From an uncultured virus (IMG/VR IMGVR_UViG_3300042860_004714) (lineage: Duplodnaviria; Heunggongvirae; Uroviricota; Caudoviricetes): DNA of 60,044 nt. Made by a program: the position numbers and the translations under genes. Under the pieces are notes generated by a model, which did not search any database, was not told the origin of the DNA, and saw only the letters and a program-made list of their open reading frames with translations. The stretch lies in the IMG/VR virus record IMGVR_UViG_3300042860_004714, one strand, 5' to 3'. Positions 36,486-46,716 of the stretch are shown here, one piece after another; within the stretch, counting starts at the first letter, position 1; each line of letters opens with the position of its first letter.

Positions 36486-39400
36486 ATGCCCTTCTCCGTT
36501 GGCTCAAAAGTAACTTATCTCGACGCAGAGGGTGCCCTGCGGTCGGGTTCAGTTCGCGCGGTCCAGCCCAATGGGATGTACGACCTCGTGCTCGACGACG
36601 GTCGCCGTGTCCGGCAGCCAGAAAACAACTTGAAGGGTGTAGCGCGCGCCAACAGCGGAAATCCCGTAGAAGCTGCTTGGCGGAAAGAAATCGAGAAAAA
36701 AGTAGAAGAACTGAGACAAGAAGAAGACCAAGCGAGGGCAATGATTGCTGAAGCTAAGCAATTTCTGAGACAGTACGACAAGGCCAAAAAAGATAAATCT
36801 TTTTCGTCTGACTTCGAGATCAGGCGAAATGAACTCATCGACAACTTTTCTAGGTTCGACCGCAGCCGCGCCGCTAGAGCTCTCGACCTCGAAAAATTCC
36901 GGGAAGGCGTTAAGAAATTTTACGTACCAGTCTATGGCGAAGATGAAGGACTAAAGAAGACGCGTGAAGTTTTAGCGCCTTTGACGAAGGCCCAAGAAGA
37001 AGGACTAAAGAAGACGCGTGAAGTTTTAGCGCCTTTGACGAAGGCCCAAGAAGAATACGCCAAAGCTGATTTTTCGCAGACTTTGAACAATCTAAAAGAA
37101 CCAAGATTGAGAGAGGCCGAAAGAAAGAGAGAGGAGATTGCGCAAAGAGAGAAAGCAAAACAAATCAGAGCCGGCACGGCGCAGTCCGAGAGAACGGACA
37201 AGGACAGGGCGAGAAGGGAGTTTGCCAAGCGTGTCCAGGGCATTTCCACCGTCCAAGGCATCATCGCGGCAAAGGGTGGGTATACGGTCCTCAAGGACCC
37301 TCCTCGTTTTTCCAGAAGCAAGCGCTTCGTTTGCGGAAACTCACTTGATGGAAACGCCTACCTTCTTCTCACGCCACAAAATCCGAAAGGCGGTAGAACT
37401 GTCACGCACCTGATGTCGTGGAAGGACTTTGGCTACGTCGCCTTGCCGACGAAAAACGGCTTTGAATTCGTCTTGGCAACTTCCGATTTAGTGAAGAAGG
37501 CCGCCGAGAATGACCCTAATCTCAAGAAGAGAGCGCAGCAGGCCGAGGCCGCTTCAAAGAGATTCAGGTTCATTATCGATCCTGTGCTGACTGACCCGGA
37601 CGCAAGCGAGGAAGAGAAAAAAGACGCAAAGAAATCTCCCAACACGACGATCAAATCGAGTCAGCTTTTGGGTATGCTGCGAAAAAACTACGATGAAATC
37701 GAAATCAATAGCGGGAACATCATCAAACGTGTCCCGTTCGGTACAAAAGAGAAGTCGGGAGGGGCTGAGTTCAAGGACATTGCTGTAGGCGCAGCCGCCG
37801 GGATGATCGAGCAAGGCGCGAATCGCATTATCGGAGGAGAGCCAGTCACTTTCCGCTTCGGTGTGATGACGGGGCTGCCTTCCGGCCAGATCACGAAGAT
37901 CAGGGGCCAGATGTCTGGCACGTTGGTCGCGCAAGGGAAGTTCCCCACCTTGTCGGGGTCAGTGCCGAACGCTGAAGATCTTACTTTTGTGTTTCGCGAG
38001 GACGCGCAAGAAGGCGTCGCAGGAAACAAAATCACTTCCCGCGATTACACTGCCTTTGCCGTCGAGATCACAGAGGATGCAGATGCTGCTCGAATCGAGC
38101 GCTTCCAGCCTTACAAGGAGGATGATTGGAAGCGGTACAACCCCTACTATTCTTGGGTAAAGACAGAAAAAGGTCAGTTTGCCGGATACACGGAAGTTGG
38201 CGATGCTGTCATTCAGCCCTGTGCTGAACCCGAGCTGAAGGACCAGCTTGCCGCAGCGAGAGAAATCTCCTACGCGCTCAGCAGTAGCATTAGAAGTTTT
38301 GATGACTTGCAGTTTTGGCTGAACTACGATGACATGAAGTTGACTTTGGGGGATAAGACAGAAGACCCCCGCAGAGTGTCTTTTACCGTGCAAGACGCTA
38401 AACTTATCGCAAAGTTGCAGGGTGTTTTGCGCGGCCTCACGAAGGCAGCCAAGGCGAGCAAAGCTTTAACGAGCTTTTCCCACAGAAGAGAAGACGTCGA
38501 GAATGGTCTCGTTCTCTTCTTGGACAAGGAGCCGATGCTCGCTGCTTTGAGAAGAAGCCTTAGTCAGCAAACACCGCAAAACGAAGGCAAGAATAAAAAA
38601 ACTCTCAAGGATGTAAGGGAGACTTTGGATGACGTGAAGCGCGACGTAGTTGACATCGCTGCGGCGGCTGCACAAAACAAATATGTTTTGCTGGAAGAGA
38701 AGAAGACCAAGGAAGGCGTTGTCCTTGAGCATATACCGAAAGCAAACACAGAGCGTTTGCCTTTCATTGCGAATAAGCTTCTCTCTTACACATGCACGAC
38801 AGGAAGCAAAGTCCCTGAGGTAACAGCTGACCTCAAGAAAATGGCTGAAAGTAACCCAGGCGAAGCTATTTTCTTCGCTCTGCTGTCTCTCATTCAGTGG
38901 AGGCGGTTCAGCTTTACGCACATCATGTACATTCTTGCCTCTGGCTCTGGAGCTGCTTCTGAGTCTAAGCTAAAAATCCCTTCTGTGCGAAGCTGGGGCG
39001 ATCTCATCTCCTTCTCTGACGCGGAGAAGCAGGATATCGAACAAGCCAAGGATGCTTGGGACAACAAAAATCAGTACCGGAAGGAGGATTTCGACCTCAA
39101 GCTGGCCCAAGCAGTCCAGCACCTGAAGCTCAAGATCAAAGGTATGCTGAAGGAGGAAGATAGTTGGAGCTCTGTCGAATCAGTTATCGACTTTCTTCGC
39201 AGAAGAGATTCTGAGTGGTTTAGCAAAGAAACGGCAGGAGTGCCGTGGGATGGAACATCTTCCTACTGGTTCGCTACTGCTCTGTTTATGTACCAGAACT
39301 TGGACTTCGAGCTGTACGGGAAGAATCTGAATGAGGGCGTGTCCCCCGAAGAGCTGAGAGATCCGTCTTTGCCTCTCGAGCATTTCGATAGTCATTACAC

Positions 39401-41693
39401 CAAGAAAGACGAAGATCAGTTCAATTACGATGAGGCTCAGAGCCGGCGCCTCGCAGAACAGACGTTGAGAACCAGAAACATCTTCGAACAGAGGCGCGCC
39501 CAAGAAAGACAGATTGACTCTGCAGTGAAGTCACAAACAATAGACAGAAGTAAAGTTATTTCTTTCAGCAGTTCAAGCGCAAAAAAGCCCGAGGAGTTTG
39601 TTCCTCTTTCCGACAGAATCAAGACGATGTTGGGCTTCTTGCAGGTGGCTGTGTTCGGAGGAGAAGGGATTGACAGGGCGATCGCTTCTCGCTCAGACCT
39701 TAGAATAGAAGGAGGGCAAGTAGCTTCGTACTACACATACAACCCGCTGCTGTTCTCCTTCTCGAAGTCGTACTACAAGGCCCCAGAGACAACCGGCGCT
39801 ATGGTTTTTTCGGGTTTCTTTGCGCGAAACGGAGCGAACCCGAAAACAAGCCAGCTTCGTGCTTTGATCGATTCAATCGGTGTTTACGGCTACCTGCTGC
39901 AGATTGTTCGCACCGCTTCCGTGCAGGCCTCGCTCTCTTGGGGAGTACCGCCCGTTTCTTTCGCTGAGTTGTCTGAAGCTTTCTCAAGCTACGCAGAGGC
40001 CCAGAAGAAAGAAGACAAGACCTGGTGGCAGAAGCTCAGGCCTATTGAGGGTCCGGGTGTCGTTCTGCCCGAGGCTGATTGGAAAGAAATCGAGAAAGAA
40101 CTTTACAGCAAAGACAAGTTCCAGGACGGGATGCTGGCAGTAAAGCGCTACGCAACACCCGGTCTAAACTTTGCGGGAAGGATCTACACGACAGGTTTGC
40201 GCGCAGAAGGGACGAACGCAGGCCCAGGTGGGTCGGAATACACGGCACTGCTGCAGTCGCCGAAAGAAGAGAAAGACAAGGTCAGAATTCTCGACATCAC
40301 GAAGGAGTCTGAAGGCAGAAAGAAGCTCGAAAAAGCGATTGAGTCTATTCTTCCTCAGCTTCTCGGCAAGCAAGGCCAGATAAAGCAAAACGAATTCTCG
40401 TTCGAGGGCGACGGCTCAGACGCAGACAGGCTCAACTTTGTTCTCGCGAGACTCGGCTCTGATCTCAGAGTTGACTCTTCCGGAGTGCTTGGCGAAGAGC
40501 AGGCGGCTGTCCTAAAATCTGTTTTTGCAGAGAAGCTCGCGGCACAAGCGGCTGTTGCGGGCAGAGCCATAAAGAAGAAGGCAGAGCTTCAGGTAAAGGG
40601 CCAATCCGAGCAAGCGCAACAAGAGGAAGGGAGTAAAACAGATTCTACGAGCAGAATCAAAAAAGCTATAGAGCAACTCAAGCCCCAAAGAGTTGACGTC
40701 AACTTCCCGACTACGGACGAGGAAAATAAGTTTGTCTCTACGCTGGAGTTCTTGATCAACCAGACGCCGCGCCCTGTGTGGGTGGACGACGCTCAGTTCG
40801 AGGGCTCCGACGTCGGGGAAAGATACTTCTACTTGGGGCAAGGCGAAGAGGCTAAGAAAAAGCTGCTTGCTGTGGCTTTTGTGCTTTACAACGGAGGTTA
40901 CTTCTCTGGCTCACGGCTCTCCGCTGGAACCCGGCAGGTCGAAGAGGAAACGCTGGCTGCGTTGAATAAAGAGCGCTTCGAAGAAGTGAAGCGGGACGTC
41001 AGAAATGGTTACCTCACTTCGAGAGAAAGTGCTACGCAAGGCAGTTTGATTTACATGGTGACAGCCATTTTCGCTGCCGGTAAGTACATGGATTCGCCGA
41101 AGGAAGAGTTCTCTGTCTCTCCGATAAACATCGGTCCTTACGTCAGCATGATGGATTCTCACAACTTCTATTCTGTATCTTTGCTGCGCCAGGGCAGAGC
41201 TCAAAAGATCACAGCCGAGCTTGACGAAGAGATCAAGACTCTGGAGAAGAATCTCATGAAAAAGAAGACCTCTGTGGAGCAAAACCCGAAAATCAAGCAC
41301 CCTAAGGTGCCCCAGTTGCCCAAGCCTTACGGCAAGTACAGCAAAGCTGCTTTCAACATCCCTGTTCCGCCGAACAGTTTGGTCGGCGTGTTGCTGGGCT
41401 CAGATCACAAGAAGAGAGCAGGCCAGTTCATCTCGAGCTTGCCTCACTTCGCCACTCTGAAGAAGAGCGAACAGATCAAGCATATAGACTACTTCAACCA
41501 AGACGTGGTTGAGGTTTACGTAGGCTTTGTTCTCAAGGATGCTCCGAACAAATACGTGAAGCACAAGTTCATGCCGCTGCCGGACACAGACAGAAGTGTG
41601 TTCGTGATGCACCCCGATGTCTGGAATAGCTTTGTTGCTTACGTCGCGCCGACGTACTGGCCAGAGTACATTCCGGGCAGCGAGAAGTGGTAG
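36486..41693 (+). CDS. Giant hypothetical protein (~1735 aa)
   Basis: GAGG SD + ATG 36486; N-terminal SH3/Tudor-like barrel (FSVGSKVTY...GSVRAV...YDLVLDDG), then RANSGNP; EQNP near the C-terminus. Confidence 0.85.
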   Translation: MPFSVGSKVTYLDAEGALRSGSVRAVQPNGMYDLVLDDGRRVRQPENNLKGVARANSGNPVEAAWRKEIEKKVEELRQEEDQARAMIAEAKQFLRQYDKAKKDKSFSSDFEIRRNELIDNFSRFDRSRAARALDLEKFREGVKKFYVPVYGEDEGLKKTREVLAPLTKAQEEGLKKTREVLAPLTKAQEEYAKADFSQTLNNLKEPRLREAERKREEIAQREKAKQIRAGTAQSERTDKDRARREFAKRVQGISTVQGIIAAKGGYTVLKDPPRFSRSKRFVCGNSLDGNAYLLLTPQNPKGGRTVTHLMSWKDFGYVALPTKNGFEFVLATSDLVKKAAENDPNLKKRAQQAEAASKRFRFIIDPVLTDPDASEEEKKDAKKSPNTTIKSSQLLGMLRKNYDEIEINSGNIIKRVPFGTKEKSGGAEFKDIAVGAAAGMIEQGANRIIGGEPVTFRFGVMTGLPSGQITKIRGQMSGTLVAQGKFPTLSGSVPNAEDLTFVFREDAQEGVAGNKITSRDYTAFAVEITEDADAARIERFQPYKEDDWKRYNPYYSWVKTEKGQFAGYTEVGDAVIQPCAEPELKDQLAAAREISYALSSSIRSFDDLQFWLNYDDMKLTLGDKTEDPRRVSFTVQDAKLIAKLQGVLRGLTKAAKASKALTSFSHRREDVENGLVLFLDKEPMLAALRRSLSQQTPQNEGKNKKTLKDVRETLDDVKRDVVDIAAAAAQNKYVLLEEKKTKEGVVLEHIPKANTERLPFIANKLLSYTCTTGSKVPEVTADLKKMAESNPGEAIFFALLSLIQWRRFSFTHIMYILASGSGAASESKLKIPSVRSWGDLISFSDAEKQDIEQAKDAWDNKNQYRKEDFDLKLAQAVQHLKLKIKGMLKEEDSWSSVESVIDFLRRRDSEWFSKETAGVPWDGTSSYWFATALFMYQNLDFELYGKNLNEGVSPEELRDPSLPLEHFDSHYTKKDEDQFNYDEAQSRRLAEQTLRTRNIFEQRRAQERQIDSAVKSQTIDRSKVISFSSSSAKKPEEFVPLSDRIKTMLGFLQVAVFGGEGIDRAIASRSDLRIEGGQVASYYTYNPLLFSFSKSYYKAPETTGAMVFSGFFARNGANPKTSQLRALIDSIGVYGYLLQIVRTASVQASLSWGVPPVSFAELSEAFSSYAEAQKKEDKTWWQKLRPIEGPGVVLPEADWKEIEKELYSKDKFQDGMLAVKRYATPGLNFAGRIYTTGLRAEGTNAGPGGSEYTALLQSPKEEKDKVRILDITKESEGRKKLEKAIESILPQLLGKQGQIKQNEFSFEGDGSDADRLNFVLARLGSDLRVDSSGVLGEEQAAVLKSVFAEKLAAQAAVAGRAIKKKAELQVKGQSEQAQQEEGSKTDSTSRIKKAIEQLKPQRVDVNFPTTDEENKFVSTLEFLINQTPRPVWVDDAQFEGSDVGERYFYLGQGEEAKKKLLAVAFVLYNGGYFSGSRLSAGTRQVEEETLAALNKERFEEVKRDVRNGYLTSRESATQGSLIYMVTAIFAAGKYMDSPKEEFSVSPINIGPYVSMMDSHNFYSVSLLRQGRAQKITAELDEEIKTLEKNLMKKKTSVEQNPKIKHPKVPQLPKPYGKYSKAAFNIPVPPNSLVGVLLGSDHKKRAGQFISSLPHFATLKKSEQIKHIDYFNQDVVEVYVGFVLKDAPNKYVKHKFMPLPDTDRSVFVMHPDVWNSFVAYVAPTYWPEYIPGSEKW
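36945..37055 (+). repeat. Perfect 54-bp in-frame tandem duplication
   Basis: gaaggactaaagaagacgcgtgaagttttagcgcctttgacgaaggcccaagaa twice (EGLKKTREVLAPLTKAQE). Confidence 0.95.
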
Positions 41694-41779
41694 AAAAACA
41701 GGTTGCTTCGCTTGAGTTCAGCGGGATACAAGGAGCTGGGCAGAGTTCCTTGACGCCCTAAAAACGAAGAGAAAAAGCA

Positions 41780-42481
41780 ATGAAAATGCCCGAGAAGCCG
41801 TCGTTGGAAGTCCTGGCTGAGATGGTAAAAGGAAAGTACGGCAAGGCGGGAGAGGCAGAAGTTAACTTTTATTGGACGAAGAAAGAATTCACGCTAAACA
41901 CTTCGATGCTGGGCATTGTCGCATTGTTCGTAGAGCGAAACAGGTCCGCAATATTGTCGTACGAAGTCAATTGGTACAAGACTTTCAACAAAACAGGTGA
42001 GATCACAGGCTACGAGATTGGTTCAGTTGAGCTTCAGCTCGACAGACGAAAGCTCAGAGGCCCTCAGACCGTTTTGAGCGTCAACAGAAAGAACCCAGCG
42101 CCTCCTGAGCTGGTTGCCTTAGCCGAGCGATGCTCAGGCCGAGCAGGTCGCTCTGACGGAGAAGGAGGCATCAGCTTTGTCCGAGGGGACAGTTTCGTCT
42201 TGTTTGAGACTTCCTTCCCGTCTCAAGCAGCAAATCTGATCTACCGTAATCCGAAAGCAATCGCGCAATGGGGCATCAACGAGGAGCCCAAGGACAGAAA
42301 CGGTTCCTTTTCTGTCTGGTTCAAATTGCACCAAGATCAAGTCCGACGGTTTGACCGAATCGCTGTGCCGGAAAGAGAAGAAAAGTCTACTGCGGTACTC
42401 GGTACGAGAAAGACTGAGGTCGACAGCACAAAGCACGAAGAAGAAAACCTCGTTGTCATTGACTATGACGACTTGGAGTAG
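41780..42481 (+). CDS. Hypothetical protein
   Basis: 233 aa; RKNP motif between two apparently similar halves. Confidence 0.75.
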   Translation: MKMPEKPSLEVLAEMVKGKYGKAGEAEVNFYWTKKEFTLNTSMLGIVALFVERNRSAILSYEVNWYKTFNKTGEITGYEIGSVELQLDRRKLRGPQTVLSVNRKNPAPPELVALAERCSGRAGRSDGEGGISFVRGDSFVLFETSFPSQAANLIYRNPKAIAQWGINEEPKDRNGSFSVWFKLHQDQVRRFDRIAVPEREEKSTAVLGTRKTEVDSTKHEEENLVVIDYDDLE

Positions 42482-42574
42482 GCGTAGCACTCTAAACGCA
42501 AAGTTCATGTAGTCCGCGGGGCGCTTCCGGTGTAGCTTCACCGGGAACGCCCCTTTTCACTACGAGGTACCGGT

Positions 42575-43162
42575 ATGCGGCACCACGGACACCACATCAA
42601 CCTCACGATCGAAGGTGACTGCTACGTCTTCCGGGACGAGGACGGGACACCTGTTGGGTACTGCCATTTCGAGCACTACCATCACGTTCCCAAAATGCAC
42701 GATCAGCTTGTTGAGCACTCGCACGCAGGTCACGATCTGCCTGAAGTCGAACTTCCTGACGCGGCTGTGGACGAAGAGGTCATCGAAGCCGCTCAAAACC
42801 CTTACGCCAGAAGAAACTTTTTCGGCTTCGGTAAGAAGCAGAAAGAGGCAGAAGCAGTCTCAGCCAAGGCGCAGTCCATCGCGCAAGGAGACCGCGCTTC
42901 CAACTACATAGTCTTTGGGCCGAACATCCACGGCTCTGGGCAAGCCTGGTACTTGCTGTCGTCGCTGAGCGCGAGAGACTTCGTGCAGGCACCCAACAGC
43001 TTGGTCCCCAATCGTCTGTGGGCCGTGGACGCAGGAGCTGTTCCTGAAGGGCAGTTTAACAGGCTCATCAACGAGGTTCGCTCGCTGCCTGGTGACGTGA
43101 TCATCATCGACACAGTCTACGGCGGAAAGCGCAAGGCTTCTTCTCTCCAATCCCTTCGGTGA
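42575..43162 (+). CDS. Hypothetical His-rich protein
   Basis: GAGG SD; AQNPYARRN motif. Confidence 0.75.
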   Translation: MRHHGHHINLTIEGDCYVFRDEDGTPVGYCHFEHYHHVPKMHDQLVEHSHAGHDLPEVELPDAAVDEEVIEAAQNPYARRNFFGFGKKQKEAEAVSAKAQSIAQGDRASNYIVFGPNIHGSGQAWYLLSSLSARDFVQAPNSLVPNRLWAVDAGAVPEGQFNRLINEVRSLPGDVIIIDTVYGGKRKASSLQSLR

Positions 43163-43168
43163 AGTGTC

Positions 43169-43948
43169 ATGCAGCGCCACAACAATCCGGCTTTCGGCCG
43201 CAAGCTCATCCATCCTGAGGGCTTTACTGGCCCTTGGACCGCTGCTCGTCAATCCGACGGCTGCTATCGTTACTACGATAGCGAAGGCAAGATGTTCCCC
43301 TCTCCGACTACGTTTTGCTTTACGGAGAGCAAGAAGCAAGAGCATATCGAACAGCTCAATGAGTCGTGGGAGGCCCACCAGCGCGGCGAGGCTCAAGAGC
43401 CTTACGTGTCGAAGCGGAGGCAGAAAGCCGATCGAATGAGCGCCGCGCTCATCAAGCAAGCAGGCTACCCCGACCGCTTCCCGCTCGAGGATGTCGACGA
43501 GCAGTTGAACATGCGCGACTACAGGGCCACCTACGCGCCGCCTTTGCTGCCGTCTGTGAACATGAGAGAGCCGATCACACCTGGCGACACTAGTGCGTAC
43601 AGCGACGCGGATGTGCTTCGCGTCTTGTCTCGAGCAGACGCTCAAGGCAATCGTCTTGCTGTCCGGCTGTTCATGCGCATGTGGGAGAGACAGACTGAGT
43701 TCGAGCAGTCGATCGGGGCTGCAAATGTGCACAACAAGATGGGCTTCGCGAAAGGCGATGCCTATCTGGCCAAGAAGATCTTCAACTCTCTCACGAGAGA
43801 GCAGCGAGAGGGCAGAGAGACAGTGCCCGTCGAGACTCATGCTCTGATCGTGGCGCTCTTGCAAACGTACCGTCGGCAGCTTCGTGAGATGCTCAACGAA
43901 GCCGCCAGCCGCACAGGTGTCCGCGTCCGAACCAACAGGAGTCTCTGA
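43169..43948 (+). CDS. Hypothetical protein
   Basis: MQRHNNP start; 259 aa. Confidence 0.75.
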   Translation: MQRHNNPAFGRKLIHPEGFTGPWTAARQSDGCYRYYDSEGKMFPSPTTFCFTESKKQEHIEQLNESWEAHQRGEAQEPYVSKRRQKADRMSAALIKQAGYPDRFPLEDVDEQLNMRDYRATYAPPLLPSVNMREPITPGDTSAYSDADVLRVLSRADAQGNRLAVRLFMRMWERQTEFEQSIGAANVHNKMGFAKGDAYLAKKIFNSLTREQREGRETVPVETHALIVALLQTYRRQLREMLNEAASRTGVRVRTNRSL

Positions 43949-43950
43949 CA

Positions 43951-44415
43951 ATGGCTTTCCTCCCTCCCCGCCGTCCGAGACCCATTCCTCTCGTTCAGGC
44001 AGTACCCCGCACAGTTCTGGGGCCGAACCAGCGTTGGCCGCAGTACGTGCCTTACCCGGCTCCCCTTGCGCTGCCGCCCAGCAGCCTCGTCCCCAACAGA
44101 ACTGCGATTGACTGGCCCCAGTCTCAGTTCGCCCCCCAGTGGCTTCCCCCCGGAAGTGGTAGCGTCATGACTTACAACAGCAATCCCCAGACTCACGTTC
44201 TGTACGGTTCTGGGAACCCCAACGACGTCACAACTCCTCGCGGGTCGTTTGCCGGCTCCAACTACGCCGGAGCGTACGGAGAAGGCGACGATGATGTCAC
44301 CCCGAAAGAGCGGAAAATCGCTTGGGGTTCGCTGCTTTTCGGTTTTGTTTCGGGCTGGATCCTGTGCAAGACCATGCAGGCCGCTGAGAAAGACGACACG
44401 GACTACGGAGACTGA
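43951..44415 (+). CDS. Pro-rich membrane-anchored protein
   Basis: Pro-rich N-half, AYGE motif, TM IAWGSLLFGFVSGWILC. Confidence 0.75.
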   Translation: MAFLPPRRPRPIPLVQAVPRTVLGPNQRWPQYVPYPAPLALPPSSLVPNRTAIDWPQSQFAPQWLPPGSGSVMTYNSNPQTHVLYGSGNPNDVTTPRGSFAGSNYAGAYGEGDDDVTPKERKIAWGSLLFGFVSGWILCKTMQAAEKDDTDYGD

Positions 44416-44418
44416 GCC

Positions 44419-44670
44419 ATGATGCCGAATCCTTCGACCGTTCTCGCAGCTCTCCCGAACTACGTCCGCCTCAATCCGAGGCAGAAGTCAGTCGGCGCGA
44501 ATGTGCTCAGCGTGGTCGTTGGGGGTCCGGCACTCATCTATGCGGGTTTCAGCTACGCTCCTTCCTGGAAGGAGAAGCTGTTGCTCGTGGGAGCTGGGGG
44601 CTTGTTGCTGTGGGCGAACTCTGAGGCGATCAAATCGGCTTGGGGGTCAAGTGGCCAAGAAAGCCCCTAA
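44419..44670 (+). CDS. Small two-TM membrane protein
   Basis: RLNP motif, then two hydrophobic helices. Confidence 0.72.
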   Translation: MMPNPSTVLAALPNYVRLNPRQKSVGANVLSVVVGGPALIYAGFSYAPSWKEKLLLVGAGGLLLWANSEAIKSAWGSSGQESP

Positions 44671-44860
44671 TGCGGCCGTTGCACTGAGCATCGGCAAGAC
44701 AGGACCGATCTCCGAAGAGGAGAAGATGCAGGCGCTCTACAACGCGGGTCTCGATGAGTCCGCTCTGAGTACAGAGCCGCCTGCATACATCTATCCGATC
44801 GGTGTCGCCGCCGTGCTCATCTCCATCTACATCTCCTACACGATTGCGCGCAGTGGCTAA
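44651..44860 (+). CDS. Small tail-anchored membrane protein
   Basis: GTG start; C-terminal YIYPIGVAAVLISIYISYTIA. Confidence 0.6.
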   Translation: MAKKAPNAAVALSIGKTGPISEEEKMQALYNAGLDESALSTEPPAYIYPIGVAAVLISIYISYTIARSG

Positions 44861-45296
44861 TAAAAGCGCCATCCTTCGGCTTGCTCGAGTGCGACTTGCC
44901 GAGACTGAGAGTGCTTTGGGCGGAATCCCGCTCGATGCATTCTTTGTCTTTGGTGAGTACAGCCACTTCTCGAAGCCGAGAGGGTTCGGCGTCACCTTCA
45001 TCCAGCATGGTGAGCCTTGCGAAGTGCGCTTGTCTGACAAGCTCACTCGCGCCACACTGGGCCGCGTAGACGCCATCATACGTCACGAGATCGGCCACGT
45101 CGTAGACGCTCTCTGCCCAGCCGATTGGCTCGACGCATGGGCGAAGCATCGCGGTGTTCCTCTTCCTCGAACACCTGAAGTCAGAGCGGACAAGATAGCG
45201 GAGGCTGTTTGGGCAGAGCCTCTGCTGTACGATAGCGATACCGTTCAAAACACGGTCACGGGAACACCAAAGCGTCCTGCGCACTTGGGGTTGTGA
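44853..45296 (+). CDS. Putative zinc metalloprotease (zincin)
   Basis: IIRHEIGHVVD HExxH with downstream EVRAD. Confidence 0.7.
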   Translation: MANKSAILRLARVRLAETESALGGIPLDAFFVFGEYSHFSKPRGFGVTFIQHGEPCEVRLSDKLTRATLGRVDAIIRHEIGHVVDALCPADWLDAWAKHRGVPLPRTPEVRADKIAEAVWAEPLLYDSDTVQNTVTGTPKRPAHLGL

Positions 45297-45595
45297 TGAA
45301 CAACTTTGGCATCCTCGTCCCCGAGAAGGTGGCGAAGCACAAAGAGATTGTGACCGAGGCAGTCACAGATGCTTTTTCCGACCCTCAAGTCCGAACCGAC
45401 TTGATCATTGCCGTAGGTGCCGGAGTACTCAGCTCAATCGCAGTAGCCCGCGCAGTTGACCGCATGTCCGCTCAAGGGGAAGGCGGGACTACGCGAGTTC
45501 TCTTGAAAGCTGGCGGCCTCGCTGTTTTGACGGGATCACTGTCGGTACTGTACAAGCTTTACTCAGTTTCGGTCGCAAAGAAAACTCCGGGGTGA
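45293..45595 (+). CDS. Small two-TM membrane protein
   Basis: Two hydrophobic helices in 100 aa. Confidence 0.7.
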   Translation: MMNNFGILVPEKVAKHKEIVTEAVTDAFSDPQVRTDLIIAVGAGVLSSIAVARAVDRMSAQGEGGTTRVLLKAGGLAVLTGSLSVLYKLYSVSVAKKTPG

Positions 45596-45598
45596 TCC

Positions 45599-46033
45599 AT
45601 GGCCAACATGTCCGATTCCCGTGTACAGGCTGTTCTTGCTCACGCAGCGGCTTGCCGAGAAGCTAAGGGTACAGGAGAAAACGTTCCAGCCTTAACTCCC
45701 GTTCTAACGCAACTGGCTGGCATCGACCTCAGCGGCGCCAACCTCACCGGTGCCGACCTCACCGACGCCAGACTCTACGAAGCCGACCTCAAGGGCGCCA
45801 ACCTCACCGGTGCCGACCTCACCGACGCCATCCTCCTCCGCGCCGACCTCGAATACGCCAACCTCACCGCCGCCAACCTCACCGGCGCTATGCTGACCCA
45901 TGCCAACCTCAAAGGCGCCAATTTAATTTTACTGACCAACGCTACAAACGACACTGATCCTCGGCCACATGTTTTGCTTCAGAAAGAAAAAGACGGTAAG
46001 CTGCGCATTAAAGTTATTTCCTTGTGGTACTGA
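45599..46033 (+). CDS. Pentapeptide repeat protein, copy 1
   Basis: A(N/D)LxG/xD repeats; MANMSD..V N-cap; KDGKLRIK C-cap. Confidence 0.9.
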   Translation: MANMSDSRVQAVLAHAAACREAKGTGENVPALTPVLTQLAGIDLSGANLTGADLTDARLYEADLKGANLTGADLTDAILLRADLEYANLTAANLTGAMLTHANLKGANLILLTNATNDTDPRPHVLLQKEKDGKLRIKVISLWY

Positions 46034-46041
46034 GGTGAGTC

Positions 46042-46716
46042 GTGGACATGTCTGATTCTCGCGTTCCACTTGTTCTTGCTCATGCAAAGGCTTGTCAAGA
46101 ATTCCGTCAGCAAGTAAGATTCGGCCCTGAACCACGTTTGCCGGAGGACCTCGTATATCTATCTGGCATAGACCTCAGCGGCGCTAACCTCAGCCAAGTT
46201 TTCTTTTCGTCCAATAACTACAGTGCCGATTTAAGAAAAGCCAACCTTACCGGAGCCAACCTCAGCGGCGCCATCCTCAACGACGCCGACCTCACCGGAG
46301 CCAACCTCAGCGGCGCCACCCTCAACGACGCCGACCTCACCGACGCCAACCTCAGCGACGCCAACCTCGCCAACGCCCACCTCTACAGAGCCGACCTCAC
46401 CGAAGCCAACCTCACCGACGCTGACCTCAAAGACGCCAACCTCCTGCATGCTGACCTCACCAAAGCCAACCTCACCCGCACTGACTTCAGTCGTTCTAAC
46501 TTTACTGACGCCGACCTCCAAGGCGCCAACCTCGAAGACGCTGACCTCACCGATGCCAACCTCACCGGCGCCGTTCTCACCCGCACCAACCTCAAAGGTG
46601 CCAATCTAGTTTTAATGACCAACGCTACAAACGACAATGAGCCTCGGCCACATGTTTTGCTTCAGAAAGAAAAAGACGGTAATCTGCGCATTAAAATCAC
46701 TTCTTTGATCTACTGA
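46042..46716 (+). CDS. Pentapeptide repeat protein, copy 2
   Basis: Longest repeat tract; same caps. Confidence 0.9.
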   Translation: MDMSDSRVPLVLAHAKACQEFRQQVRFGPEPRLPEDLVYLSGIDLSGANLSQVFFSSNNYSADLRKANLTGANLSGAILNDADLTGANLSGATLNDADLTDANLSDANLANAHLYRADLTEANLTDADLKDANLLHADLTKANLTRTDFSRSNFTDADLQGANLEDADLTDANLTGAVLTRTNLKGANLVLMTNATNDNEPRPHVLLQKEKDGNLRIKITSLIY

